A DNA stretch of 50,089 bases from an uncultured Bacillota bacterium (GTDB lineage: Bacteria; Bacillota_I; Bacilli_A; RFN20; CAG-826): contig CAMORJ010000001.1 in NCBI GenBank assembly GCA_946623775.1, positions 1 through 50,089 on the forward strand, written 5' to 3'. Position 1 is the stretch's first letter; every line of letters begins with the position of its first letter. Position numbers and translations under genes: made by a program. Below the pieces are notes generated by a model. It had not been told where the DNA came from. It was given only the letters and a program-made list of their open reading frames with translations, and did no database searches. Shown here piece after piece: positions 7,068-16,428 of this stretch.

Positions 7068-9218
7068 TTACGCTTGGGCTTGCTTGATCGATAGCCCTAT
7101 CCTTTTTTTCGCGACGTCCACGGAGACGACTTTGACTTTGACGATGTCCCCGATGGAATAGAGTTCGGAGATGTTTTTGACGAATTTGTTCGCGACTTCG
7201 CTGATGTGGACCAACCCGTCGACGTGGACGTTGATATCCACGAACATCCCGAAATCCATGATGTTCCTGACGGTTCCTTGCAGGATCATGCCGACTTTTA
7301 AATCCTCGATGCTTCTTGCTTGCTGATTGAGCTCAACGATTTTCGCGTCTTCTCTGATATCACGCCCAGGGGCGATGATTTCTTCGACCACGTCGCGGAA
7401 AGTCTCTTTCCCCAGCGTTGGGAAACGCGATTGCAGCATCGATAGCGACAGCTGCCTCATTTTCTCTTTCTTGAGCTCTTCGTCGTCATGGAGCAAATCG
7501 ATGCCGCACGAGGAAAGAATGAATTTCGCGACCGGGTAGGATTCGGGGTGGATCGCGGTCACGTCAAGAGGCTCATCCCCTCCATAGACTCGCAAGAAGC
7601 CGATGGCTTGCTCATATGCCTTAGGCCCGAGACGCTCTACTTGCAGCAGCTGCCTCCTGTTGCGGAACGGCCCGTTCTTCTTGAGGTGGTTGTAGATGTT
7701 TTCCGCCAGAGTTGGCCCGATGCCGGGGATGTATGTCAGAATCATCGGGGTGGCGTTATTAAGGTTGACGCCGACTTTGGCGACGCAATCCTGAACGACG
7801 TTGCTTAAGGACTCGCCGAGCTTTTTCTGATCCATATCGTGCTGATATTGACCGACGCCGATGGATTTCGGATCGATTTTGACGAGTTCGTTTAGGGGGT
7901 CTTGAAGCCTTCTTGCAAGCGATATCGCGCTTCGTTTTTCTACCGGAAGGCTTGGGAATTCCTTTTCGCCGATCGGGGATGCGCTATAGACGGAGGCGCC
8001 GGATTCGTTGACGATGACGATTTTGGTGGGCAGACCAGCCCTTTCGATTGCTTTTCTCAGCGCTTCTTCGGCTTCTCGGCTTGCCGTGCCGTTTCCCAAA
8101 GCGAGGTAATCGATGCGGCTCTTTTTGAGGATTTCCATCACTTTATCCGCTTCCCTCTCAATCGCGTCGGCGTTCCCAATGGTAACGAAGGAGACGCCGA
8201 CTTGAAGCGGGACGCCGTTTTCGTCTACCGTCGCCCATTTGCAGCCTGTGCGGAATCCTGGGTCGAACCCCATGACCCTTTTATGGCCTAAAGGCGGGTA
8301 AAGCAATAATGCGGCGGTGTTCTTTTTGAAAATCTCGATGGCATGCTCTTCGGCTTTGTCGAACGCTTCCGATCGAACGAGCGTTTCGATGCTTGGGAGG
8401 ATCAAACGCTTCAACGCATCCTCGACGGTGTCGTGAAGCTCTTTGGAATAAGGATGCCCTGGGCGGATGAGTTTGGAGGAGATTCTCTCGACCATGACTT
8501 GGCTTTCGTAATCCAACTTGACCTTGAGGCACCCTTGGTTTTCGCCGCGATTGATGGCAAGCAGGCGGAAGCCGGGAAGGTTTTTCAGCGGCGAAGAGAA
8601 ATGGGCATAATTGCCATAGGTGTCGCGTTCGTCCTTTTTGATCTCTTCGGAGACGATGAGGGCATGCTCCTGCACATACCGCTTGCAATATGCCCTGATC
8701 TCCGCTTTTTCCGATAGTTCTTCGGCGATGATATCGCAAGCCATGCGAATCGCTTTGTCCACGCTGTCGACGCCGAGGTCAGGTTTTATAAAGCTTGCCG
8801 CAAATGATGATAGCTGATGGCCCGGCACGCCTTTTTTAAGGAACAGCGCAAGAGGCTCTAAGCCGGCTTCCCTAGCGATGACGGCGCGCGTTTTTCTTTT
8901 TTGCTTATAGGGCTTATAGAGCTCTTCGACTTCAATCAAAGTCAAAGCCTGTTCGATGGATTGCTGCAGCTCGGGGGTGAGTTTCCCTTGTTCTTCTATT
9001 GCCTTGATTGCGGTGATTTGCCGTTGCTCGACGCCGCGGAGATAATCCACTCTTTCCTGAACGAAACGCAAGACGGCGTCTGATAAGTTTCCCGTCGCTT
9101 CCTTGCGGTAACGCGCAATGAATGGCACGGTATTCCCTTCGTCTAACAGTTTCACGGCCGAATCGATGGAGGGTCGGGGAAGCGAAGTCTCTCTAGCGAG
9201 AATGTCCTGGATGTTCAT
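7068..9218 (-). CDS. tex: Tex-like transcription accessory protein (YqgF/HHH/S1 domains)
   Basis: N-terminal VPFIARYRKEATG, a central YqgF-like region, and a C-terminal S1 domain GTVRNIMDFGMFVDI...GLVHISE. The length is 716 aa. Confidence 0.93.
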   Translation of the reverse strand: MNIQDILARETSLPRPSIDSAVKLLDEGNTVPFIARYRKEATGNLSDAVLRFVQERVDYLRGVEQRQITAIKAIEEQGKLTPELQQSIEQALTLIEVEELYKPYKQKRKTRAVIAREAGLEPLALFLKKGVPGHQLSSFAASFIKPDLGVDSVDKAIRMACDIIAEELSEKAEIRAYCKRYVQEHALIVSEEIKKDERDTYGNYAHFSSPLKNLPGFRLLAINRGENQGCLKVKLDYESQVMVERISSKLIRPGHPYSKELHDTVEDALKRLILPSIETLVRSEAFDKAEEHAIEIFKKNTAALLLYPPLGHKRVMGFDPGFRTGCKWATVDENGVPLQVGVSFVTIGNADAIEREADKVMEILKKSRIDYLALGNGTASREAEEALRKAIERAGLPTKIVIVNESGASVYSASPIGEKEFPSLPVEKRSAISLARRLQDPLNELVKIDPKSIGVGQYQHDMDQKKLGESLSNVVQDCVAKVGVNLNNATPMILTYIPGIGPTLAENIYNHLKKNGPFRNRRQLLQVERLGPKAYEQAIGFLRVYGGDEPLDVTAIHPESYPVAKFILSSCGIDLLHDDEELKKEKMRQLSLSMLQSRFPTLGKETFRDVVEEIIAPGRDIREDAKIVELNQQARSIEDLKVGMILQGTVRNIMDFGMFVDINVHVDGLVHISEVANKFVKNISELYSIGDIVKVKVVSVDVAKKRIGLSIKQAQA

Positions 9219-9339
9219 AGCGAAAACAATTATAGACGAAAACGGGGGTTAGTAGGTTTTTTGCCGATAGAAGTCAAAAAAACGTTCTTTTCAATCCGCT
9301 TGCTCGGGCAAAAAAGAGCTCCATCGACGCTTCCTAAAT

Positions 9340-9367
9340 TTGCATATCTTACAATTTGTGGGATAAT
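9340..9367 (+). promoter_or_regulatory. Sigma-A-type promoter of yloU-yloV
   Basis: TTGCAT (9340-9345), a 16-nt spacer, then TGgGATAAT (extended -10, 9359-9367). A 7-bp hairpin GCTTTGC/GCAAAGC (9376-9392) follows in the 5' UTR. Confidence 0.55.
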
Positions 9368-9416
9368 ACTGCTGCGCTTTGCTTAGCAAAGCATGAGATT
9401 TTATAGCGCAAGCAAG

Positions 9417-9776
9417 ATGAACATTAATCAGAAAAACGAATACGGCAGCATCGATATTTCGATGGAGACGATCGCTTCGGTCGCGGGCAGAGCCGCCACC
9501 GAATGCTATGGAGTGATCGGGCTTACCAGCAAAGGCAGCTTGTCCCACGCCATTTCCGAGCTTTTGAATATCGAGGATTACGTAAAAGGCGTTTATGCCC
9601 ATAAGAGCAAAAAGGGCTATGAAGTGGATTTGTATTTAGTGTGCGCCAATGGAGTCAAACTCCCCGAGATCCTGTCGGAAGTCCAAAAGAAGGTGAAATA
9701 CGACCTCGAGAGGACTTTCGAGATGAAATTCGCCGCAGTGAATGTGTTCGTCCAAGACATTCGTGAGAATTCCTGA
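9417..9776 (+). CDS. yloU: Asp23/Gls24-family (alkaline shock) protein
   Basis: MNINQKNEYGSIDISMETIASVAGRAATECYGVIGL aligns with Bacillus YloU. It sits directly upstream of yloV as in Bacilli. An alternative ATG lies at 9393. Confidence 0.85.
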   Translation: MNINQKNEYGSIDISMETIASVAGRAATECYGVIGLTSKGSLSHAISELLNIEDYVKGVYAHKSKKGYEVDLYLVCANGVKLPEILSEVQKKVKYDLERTFEMKFAAVNVFVQDIRENS

Positions 9777-9778
9777 AC

Positions 9779-11512
9779 ATGAAAACAATTGATGCAAAAT
9801 GGCTGAAGGAGATGTACATCTCCGGCGCCAATAATCTTTATAACCATTATCCAGAAGTCGACCAATTGAATGTTTTCCCTGTCCCAGACGGCGATACGGG
9901 CATGAACATGAATCTGACGGCGACTTCCGGCGCAAAAGAAATCCAGAATCGCGAATTCGACGCGATTTCGGAAGTCGCCAGATCCTTTTCCCGCGGCCTT
10001 TTGATGGGCGCGCGCGGCAATTCCGGCGTCATCACGTCCCAGATTTTCCGCGGCTTCGCCGATGGGCTGGAGAACAAGAAAAAAATCGACCTTCGCGAGT
10101 TTGCCGATGCGTGGCTCAAAGCGAAGGAAGTTGCCTATAAAGCGGTTTTGAAACCCGTCGAAGGCACCATCCTCACCGTCATCCGCGAATCTTCCGCGGC
10201 ATTGAACGAGAATATCGGAAAATTCGAATCCATCGAAGAAGCGATGGACTATTTGCTCGAGCAAGCCCGCATCTCTTTGGATCATACCCCAGAGCTGCTC
10301 CCGGTTTTGAAGCAAGTCGGCGTCGTCGATAGCGGCGGCGCGGGTTTGGTCCGCTTGTTCGAAGGCATGGCCAAAGCGCTGCATGGCGAAATCGTGGAGC
10401 GCAACGCCGATGTCGGCGCCGCCGAGGAAAAGCCGCGCGATTCGCTTTATGCCGGCGCGCAGCTAAGCGAAGACGAAGAAGGCTACGGCTATTGCACGCA
10501 GTTCATCCTTCGCCTCGGCAAGCCGGAAGACGGGAAGAAGGCGTTCGTCGAGAAGAACTTCACCAAATTCCTGACCGCCCACGGCAAATCCACCGTCATC
10601 GTGTGCGACGAAGACATTGTCAAAGTCCATGTCCACACGCTTACCCCTGGCAACATGCTCAACTATGCCCAGCAGTTCGGCGAATTCGTGACCATCGTCA
10701 TCGAGAACATGTCCGAAGAGCATAAAAACATCCAGCACGGCGATATCGCCACCGATATGGAAGCCAATCTTGCCCGCAGCAGAGCGGAGCAACAGCCCAT
10801 CCTCCGTCCTCAAGAGGAGGCTGAGGAAGAAGGGCCGATCGACAAAAACAGCGCCCTCATCGCCGTCTCCAGCGGTTCTGGCCTGGATGAGATGTTCCGC
10901 GAAATCGGAGTCGACGTCATCGTCTCCGGCGGCCAAACCATGAATCCTTCTACCGAGGATTTCATCCGCGCGATCAAGAAAACCCATGCCAAGAACGTGT
11001 TCTTGCTTCCGAACAACACCAACATCGTCATGGCCGCTTCCCAAGCGTGCGAAGTGCTCACCGGATCGGAAATCACCGCGCGAGTGATCCCTTCCAAAAC
11101 GATTCCCCAAGGCATCGTGGCCGCGATGAATTACAACCCGGAACTCGAACCGGAAGATGTCTTCAAGGACATGAAATCCGCTTTGAAAACCGTTCGTTCG
11201 GGATCTGTCACTTATGCGATTAAGGACACCGAAATCGGCGGAATCGAAATCAAAAAAGGCTACTACATGGCGATGAAAGACAAAAACATCGTCTCCTGCG
11301 TGAAGAACAAAGTCCAGGCGTTGATCGATTTGGTTGAATCGTTGATGCGCGGCAGCTCCGCGATCCTCACCATCATCTGTGGAGAAGACGTATCGAGTCA
11401 GGAAGAAGCCGAGGCTCAGGAAGCGTTGACCGACCGCTTTGGCGAAGATGTCGAAATCGACATCAAGCGCGGTGAACAGCCTGTTTATTCCTTCTTGGTC
11501 GGCGTCGAATAA
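9779..11512 (+). CDS. yloV: DAK2-domain fusion protein YloV
   Basis: It has an N-terminal Dak2 phosphatase-like domain (PDGDTGMNM, GARGNSGVI) and a DegV-like C-terminus. Synteny with yloU is conserved. Confidence 0.92.
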   Translation: MKTIDAKWLKEMYISGANNLYNHYPEVDQLNVFPVPDGDTGMNMNLTATSGAKEIQNREFDAISEVARSFSRGLLMGARGNSGVITSQIFRGFADGLENKKKIDLREFADAWLKAKEVAYKAVLKPVEGTILTVIRESSAALNENIGKFESIEEAMDYLLEQARISLDHTPELLPVLKQVGVVDSGGAGLVRLFEGMAKALHGEIVERNADVGAAEEKPRDSLYAGAQLSEDEEGYGYCTQFILRLGKPEDGKKAFVEKNFTKFLTAHGKSTVIVCDEDIVKVHVHTLTPGNMLNYAQQFGEFVTIVIENMSEEHKNIQHGDIATDMEANLARSRAEQQPILRPQEEAEEEGPIDKNSALIAVSSGSGLDEMFREIGVDVIVSGGQTMNPSTEDFIRAIKKTHAKNVFLLPNNTNIVMAASQACEVLTGSEITARVIPSKTIPQGIVAAMNYNPELEPEDVFKDMKSALKTVRSGSVTYAIKDTEIGGIEIKKGYYMAMKDKNIVSCVKNKVQALIDLVESLMRGSSAILTIICGEDVSSQEEAEAQEALTDRFGEDVEIDIKRGEQPVYSFLVGVE

Positions 11513-11518
11513 AGGCAA

Positions 11519-11566
11519 TAAAAAAGCGCGATGAATCGAATCGGTTCATCGCGCTTTCATTTTTTA
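11519..11566. terminator. Bidirectional terminator (yloV / convergent membrane-protein gene)
   Basis: An 11-bp stem AGCGCGATGAA / TTCATCGCGCT with loop TCGAATCGG, flanked by an A-run and a T-run. Confidence 0.75.
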
Positions 11567-12193
11567 TTCTTCTTCAGGCTTCTCGGCCCGCTCTTCTTTT
11601 TTCCTGAAGATCATGGCCAGCAGGCACGCGATGAACATAAGGATGAAGACCTGCACGCCGAAGATATATCCGACGATGGTCGCGGTTTCCAGGAAATAAG
11701 GGAAGCCAACCAAGAAAGCGACTCCGGCGATGACTAAGCCGATAAGGGCGAGAACGGTTTTGAAGACGCCTTCTTTCTGCTTCCAGGACATCACGGAGAA
11801 GAAGATGCCCGCGAAGCCGAAGACAAGCAAGAAGATGAGGTTGTTCCTTGCCGTTTCCAAACCGGATTGGGCTTGATCGACGGTCAGCAAAATGAAGTGG
11901 ATGGTCCAAACGATTGCCTGCAAACCGAGAACGACAATCGGCAGATAGGTCTGGAATTTCGATTCCTTTGAGCGGAAGTAGGAGAATAAGGATTCGGTGC
12001 CTCCGACAAAGAAAGTCACCCCCATAAGAATGGTGGCTGATGCCGAGATGACTTCGTCGACGCTTAAAAGGCCGTTGATGCTGAGCAAGGCCTGCAGTCC
12101 GTTGACGAGGAACGACAAACCGGCGATGATGGCTAGCGCCCCTGCGATAATGTAAAGGATTCTGGTAGCCTGATTGGAGTTGTTTTCTTGCAT
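11564..12193 (-). CDS. Polytopic membrane protein, unknown function (209 aa)
   Basis: Several hydrophobic helices are visible by eye. SD GGGGGT precedes the ATG at 12193. It lies 52 nt downstream of the lipoprotein gene on the same strand. Confidence 0.7.
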   Translation of the reverse strand: MQENNSNQATRILYIIAGALAIIAGLSFLVNGLQALLSINGLLSVDEVISASATILMGVTFFVGGTESLFSYFRSKESKFQTYLPIVVLGLQAIVWTIHFILLTVDQAQSGLETARNNLIFLLVFGFAGIFFSVMSWKQKEGVFKTVLALIGLVIAGVAFLVGFPYFLETATIVGYIFGVQVFILMFIACLLAMIFRKKEERAEKPEEE

Positions 12194-12245
12194 AAAATTA
12201 CCCCCTGTGCTCAAAAAGGATAGCACAACTAATATGCGAAATGAA

Positions 12246-14021
12246 TCAATGAATGGTGCTGATGAACTGATTTATATAGGCATCATCGTAGAAATGATTG
12301 GCGTCTAACTCGTGATCAACCGGAACGCCTGAATCATAATGGGATTTCGGGTCGGAATGCTTTCCGCCTCTAAGGATGCCCGAGATGCGATATGCCTTTC
12401 CGTCCGGCGTGCAGGTGTAATCGACGGTGCATGCGCCCCCTGCGGATTGCAGCCCAATGATCTTCGCCATGTTGTTCTCTTCGGCGATGGCAGGGAACGA
12501 GTTGGCGCAGGAGAAAGAGCCGCGAGACGTCAGGATGTAGAAATCGTATTTGCCTTCATAGCCGTCATTTGCATCGTATTTGCCATCGAGGTTCGTATCG
12601 ACGCGGTAAGTCAAATTGGAATAGCCTTTGGACAGAGGGTCATAGGAAATGACCTGGTATTCCCTTTTCATAAAGCCTAGCATCCCTACCAGCGCATTAG
12701 TGTCGCCACCACCGTTTAATGTGACATCGAATACGACCGAATGGACTTCCGGATGGGTTTTGATTTCCTCGAAAGCGGTATAGAAGAGGGCAAACGAGTC
12801 TTTGTTTCCTTGGGCGAATGACGCTGCATTGTCCCTGGTGATGTGCTGCTGGGCGTGGCGAAAGCCAGTAAAGCTAAGGATTGCGGTGGAACCACTATAG
12901 CGAACGACATTCGAAGAGATTCCTGCTTGTTTGAATTTGTCGTAGTAGGACTGCATATCGCGCGATAGGCTAGTGCTTCTTTCCGAAGAATAAGCATGAT
13001 AGCCAACCGACCCTGTCCCAAAGGAGGAACTTATGGTTCCCGCATTCGTGTGGCAATCTCCGATGATGGATTCCATTAAATAGCATAAGCCATCGCAATA
13101 TTCCTCTTCGTCGGTGGAACGCAGTTTGGTTACGATGTCGGAATGGTTTCTGTCAAGATACTCTTCAAACGGGACAAAACGTTCGTCGAGGAAGCCGTAG
13201 AAATAATCAAGGCTGAATAGCAGGCATTTGTAATTGTAGTCTGCGAAATACTCCGCTCTTGGCGTGGTGGAATTAGACCCGCTGAAAAATGCTTTGTTAT
13301 AGGAGTTTTCCCAATAGTTGAGATCAAAAGACCCTGATGTCAAATTCAATAAATAGAATGCCTCGCCGTTCCAAGCGACAGGGGAGTAATATGCCCAGTT
13401 GAATGTCATGCGATTCACGATCGGGAAGGGAGTGTAAACCGTTCCGTCGTGACACACGATATCCAGGTTATAGGCGTTTAAATCAAAGGTTACATCTTGC
13501 GCGCCAAACATCTCCGATCCTTCAGAAGAGATATGCTCTACAGCATAATCATCATCAATCAAATTATTAATTGCACCATACTTTGATGAGAAAATATTGG
13601 CGTAATCGATATTCTTCGCCAAAATAGTATTATTGTTTGCATCAATAACAAAGGAAGAACCGTTTTCACAAACTATAGTTTGTGATGAATTATTTACGGT
13701 AGATTCTACTCTTTTTTCTTCATTAACGAATTGCATGGCTATGGCCATATCCATGTAAATGATCTGGGGATGCTGCTCATAATAGCCATAGGACAAATCT
13801 GCTTTCTTAACGGCAAGGAAGTCGCCGTCCTTTGCTTCGTCAAAATATAAAGGAGCAGTTTTGACGATAAATGATTCGCCTTCATTATGAGTGGTTGTGC
13901 TCCTTGACCCAGTAGCTTCGGAACCGGTATCTGTAAGAGGCTCTTCAGGAGATGAGGCTTCCGCGGCGTTCCCGCATGATGATAGTAGAATTCCAAGAAG
14001 GAGAAGTGGGGTCTTTTTCAT
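12246..14021 (-). CDS. Lipoprotein with a C-terminal S41 (tail-specific protease)-like domain
   Basis: Signal plus lipobox MKKTPLLLLGILLSSC. S41-like motifs are VVFDVTLNGGGDTNAL (DLRxNxGG-type) and ILTSRGSFSCANSFPAIAEENNMAKIIGLQSAGGA (xxSASASE...GxxTxGKG-type, but with no Lys at the GKG position). Confidence 0.8.
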   Translation of the reverse strand: MKKTPLLLLGILLSSCGNAAEASSPEEPLTDTGSEATGSRSTTTHNEGESFIVKTAPLYFDEAKDGDFLAVKKADLSYGYYEQHPQIIYMDMAIAMQFVNEEKRVESTVNNSSQTIVCENGSSFVIDANNNTILAKNIDYANIFSSKYGAINNLIDDDYAVEHISSEGSEMFGAQDVTFDLNAYNLDIVCHDGTVYTPFPIVNRMTFNWAYYSPVAWNGEAFYLLNLTSGSFDLNYWENSYNKAFFSGSNSTTPRAEYFADYNYKCLLFSLDYFYGFLDERFVPFEEYLDRNHSDIVTKLRSTDEEEYCDGLCYLMESIIGDCHTNAGTISSSFGTGSVGYHAYSSERSTSLSRDMQSYYDKFKQAGISSNVVRYSGSTAILSFTGFRHAQQHITRDNAASFAQGNKDSFALFYTAFEEIKTHPEVHSVVFDVTLNGGGDTNALVGMLGFMKREYQVISYDPLSKGYSNLTYRVDTNLDGKYDANDGYEGKYDFYILTSRGSFSCANSFPAIAEENNMAKIIGLQSAGGACTVDYTCTPDGKAYRISGILRGGKHSDPKSHYDSGVPVDHELDANHFYDDAYINQFISTIH

Positions 14022-14361
14022 AGAAGGTTCCTCTGGTCTATATTATAAAAAGGATTATAGATGATTTTATTTGCTTGAAGCAGGCGTATAAATATTTGCT
14101 TTATAAAAACGTTTGCTTCACGAATGAGAAATTGACACTGCTGTTTTGCGGTCGCGGTTTTGATCGAGGCATGTGATGGGCGTCGATACCCTTTCGCAAA
14201 TGTGTTGCAGATGTTCGTCTTCGCGGGCAATCATCCGCGCGCATATCCTGGTTTGTCGTTCTTTAATTAATGCACGCCCCTTATATTTTAGCCTTTTTCG
14301 TCTTTTCCCCATTTGTTTGTTGAAGCACCATTTTACGTGCGTGGGTGTTACAATAATCAAG

Positions 14362-16353
14362 ATGAAATTAACGTCTTCGCCTAAGCTGAATTCCATGCTG
14401 TTCGATATGGGCATTGCGACCCCGTATCAAGTGGTTTGTCACCTGCCTCGGAAGTACGATTCTTTTCTATACACCTCATCAGAGGAATTAGAAAACCTTC
14501 AAGATAAGCAGAAAATCGTTCTACTTGGGCGTGTCGTTGGTGGAGCGAAGACCCTTCGCTTTCGCTCGACCAGCAATACCAAATTCTATTTCGAGGATGT
14601 GCACGGCAATCAATATGAAGTAATTGCTTGGAATCGTCCTTATCTTGCATCAATGCTAAAAGACGAAGGCGAATTCACCCTCCAAGCCACTTACGACCAA
14701 AAAAAGCATTGCCTCAACCTTATAAACATCAAGAAAGGGCGGATTGACCCTGAGCACGCTTTAGTTCCGGTATATTCGCTTCCATCGGATTATGCACCCC
14801 ACCTTTTTAGGGGGCTTGTTGAGCGATCGCTCGAGGCATTAAAGGGGAAAATCTATAACCGCGTTCCACCTCTTTTTGTCGAAAAATATCGATTCATCAA
14901 TAGGGAAGATGCGCTGAGGAAGTGCCATTTCCCAACTTGTCCCGATGACATTCATCAGGGATTGAGGGTACTTAAATATGAAGAGGCATTAATGTTTTGC
15001 CTTACCAATCAAATCATTCGCGGGCAAAGCAAAAGCCACACCAAAGAAGAGGTCCCTACAGACCGTCAGAAGCTTCGAAATTTCGTACACGCCCTCCCTT
15101 ATTTGCTGACTGAAGACCAAAAAAACGCAATCGCAGACTGCTTGAAAGACATGGAGTCCAGCTCGTGCATGTACCGCCTTCTTCAAGGTGATGTCGGAAC
15201 GGGGAAAACGCTTGTCGCGGCCCTGCTCATGTATGCAAACGCGACAAGAAACAGCCAAAGCGCTTTTATGGCGCCAACCGATTCTTTAGCGAGGCAGCAT
15301 TATAAAAACTTAAAGAAGATGTTCGATGGCACGGGCCTAAATGTTGTTCTTCTTGTCGGGAACCTGTCTTCGGCTGGAAAAAAATCCGCTTTGGAAGAAA
15401 TATCCAATGGCTCAGCAGATATTGTAGTCGGGACCCACGCTCTATTTTCCAAGGGCGTCGATTTCTTGAATCTGGGCTTGGCCATCATTGATGAACAACA
15501 TAAATTCGGCGTCGCTCAAAGAGCCCGTTTGGTGGAAAAGGGAGGACACGTGGATGTGTTATTGATGTCTGCGACCCCAATTCCGAGGACTTTGACTTTG
15601 ACCATCTACGGAGACTTGGACATATCAACTCTAACGCAATTCCCCTCCAGCAAAAGAAGCGTTAAAACGAGAATCTTCACTCCAAAGGCATCCGAAATAA
15701 AAACAGCGGTCGAGATTTCCTTAAAAACCGGTCACCGCGTCTATGTCGTTTGCCCTCAAATCGAAGAAGGCGGCCTATCGTCGGTAAAAACCGTTTACGA
15801 TGCTTACGCAAAGAGATATCCGGGAAAAGTTGCTTTGCTTCACGGCAAGATGGACGAAGACGAAAAAGAAGCCGCGCTTCTTGCTTTCTCTTCAGGGGTC
15901 TGTCCCATCTTGGTGTCTACTTCCGTTATCGAGGTCGGAATCGACGTGAAGGAAGCAAACCTGATGATTGTTTATGATCCGACCCACTTCGCGCTATCCT
16001 CATTGCACCAACTCCGTGGACGCGTTGGTCGCGACGGGTCCGACGCATCGTTTGTTTTGGCCTACGGCGGTGATGACGAGGATGAATTGGAAAAGCTCAA
16101 CGTCTTGGTGAATACCGATGATGGATTTGCGATTGCCGAAAAAGATCTGGCGATGCGAGGCCCTGGAACGATTGCCGGAACAAGGCAATCTGGCCTGCCG
16201 GATTTCAGCTTCGTGAACGTCATCGACGACTTCAAGATGTTCGAATTTGCCAGAAACGATGCTACATATATCCTGAATCACCCCACCGAGCATGGATTTA
16301 GCTATCTCATAAAAGAGGCTGAAAAGGCATCGGGAGACGCCACTTTGGCCTAA
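14362..16353 (+). CDS. recG: ATP-dependent DNA helicase RecG
   Basis: It has the wedge domain N-terminus, Walker A GDVGTGKT, the DEQH box, and motif VI QLRGRVGRDG. Start chosen at the ATG at 14362; the ORF-track extension is Cys/Arg-rich junk. Confidence 0.93.
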   Translation: MKLTSSPKLNSMLFDMGIATPYQVVCHLPRKYDSFLYTSSEELENLQDKQKIVLLGRVVGGAKTLRFRSTSNTKFYFEDVHGNQYEVIAWNRPYLASMLKDEGEFTLQATYDQKKHCLNLINIKKGRIDPEHALVPVYSLPSDYAPHLFRGLVERSLEALKGKIYNRVPPLFVEKYRFINREDALRKCHFPTCPDDIHQGLRVLKYEEALMFCLTNQIIRGQSKSHTKEEVPTDRQKLRNFVHALPYLLTEDQKNAIADCLKDMESSSCMYRLLQGDVGTGKTLVAALLMYANATRNSQSAFMAPTDSLARQHYKNLKKMFDGTGLNVVLLVGNLSSAGKKSALEEISNGSADIVVGTHALFSKGVDFLNLGLAIIDEQHKFGVAQRARLVEKGGHVDVLLMSATPIPRTLTLTIYGDLDISTLTQFPSSKRSVKTRIFTPKASEIKTAVEISLKTGHRVYVVCPQIEEGGLSSVKTVYDAYAKRYPGKVALLHGKMDEDEKEAALLAFSSGVCPILVSTSVIEVGIDVKEANLMIVYDPTHFALSSLHQLRGRVGRDGSDASFVLAYGGDDEDELEKLNVLVNTDDGFAIAEKDLAMRGPGTIAGTRQSGLPDFSFVNVIDDFKMFEFARNDATYILNHPTEHGFSYLIKEAEKASGDATLA

Positions 16354-16428
16354 CGGTTGTCTTTTAATTAAGACAAACCGCCATTTTGTATGGGCGAAAG
16401 ATAACGCTTGCTCTATAATGTTAGCCGT

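Noticed and set aside
10463-11518. A 351-aa ORF on the minus strand, with a similar one at 9617-10384, antisense to yloV.
   Set aside because: It lies fully inside the well-conserved yloV gene and has a Gly/Asp/Arg/His-rich junk composition. It has no SD. It is a typical shadow ORF produced by the codon bias of the real gene.
14173-14361. The ORF-track N-terminal extension of recG. Similar extensions exist for uppS (36179), rpsP (24302), rnc (16408), dxr (38015), rnhB (26580), pyrH (34804) and ylxM (18040).
   Set aside because: The extensions are non-conserved, often Cys/Arg-rich, and overlap upstream genes, promoters or terminators. Orthologue N-termini and SD or -10 placement support the internal ATGs used in the feature list.
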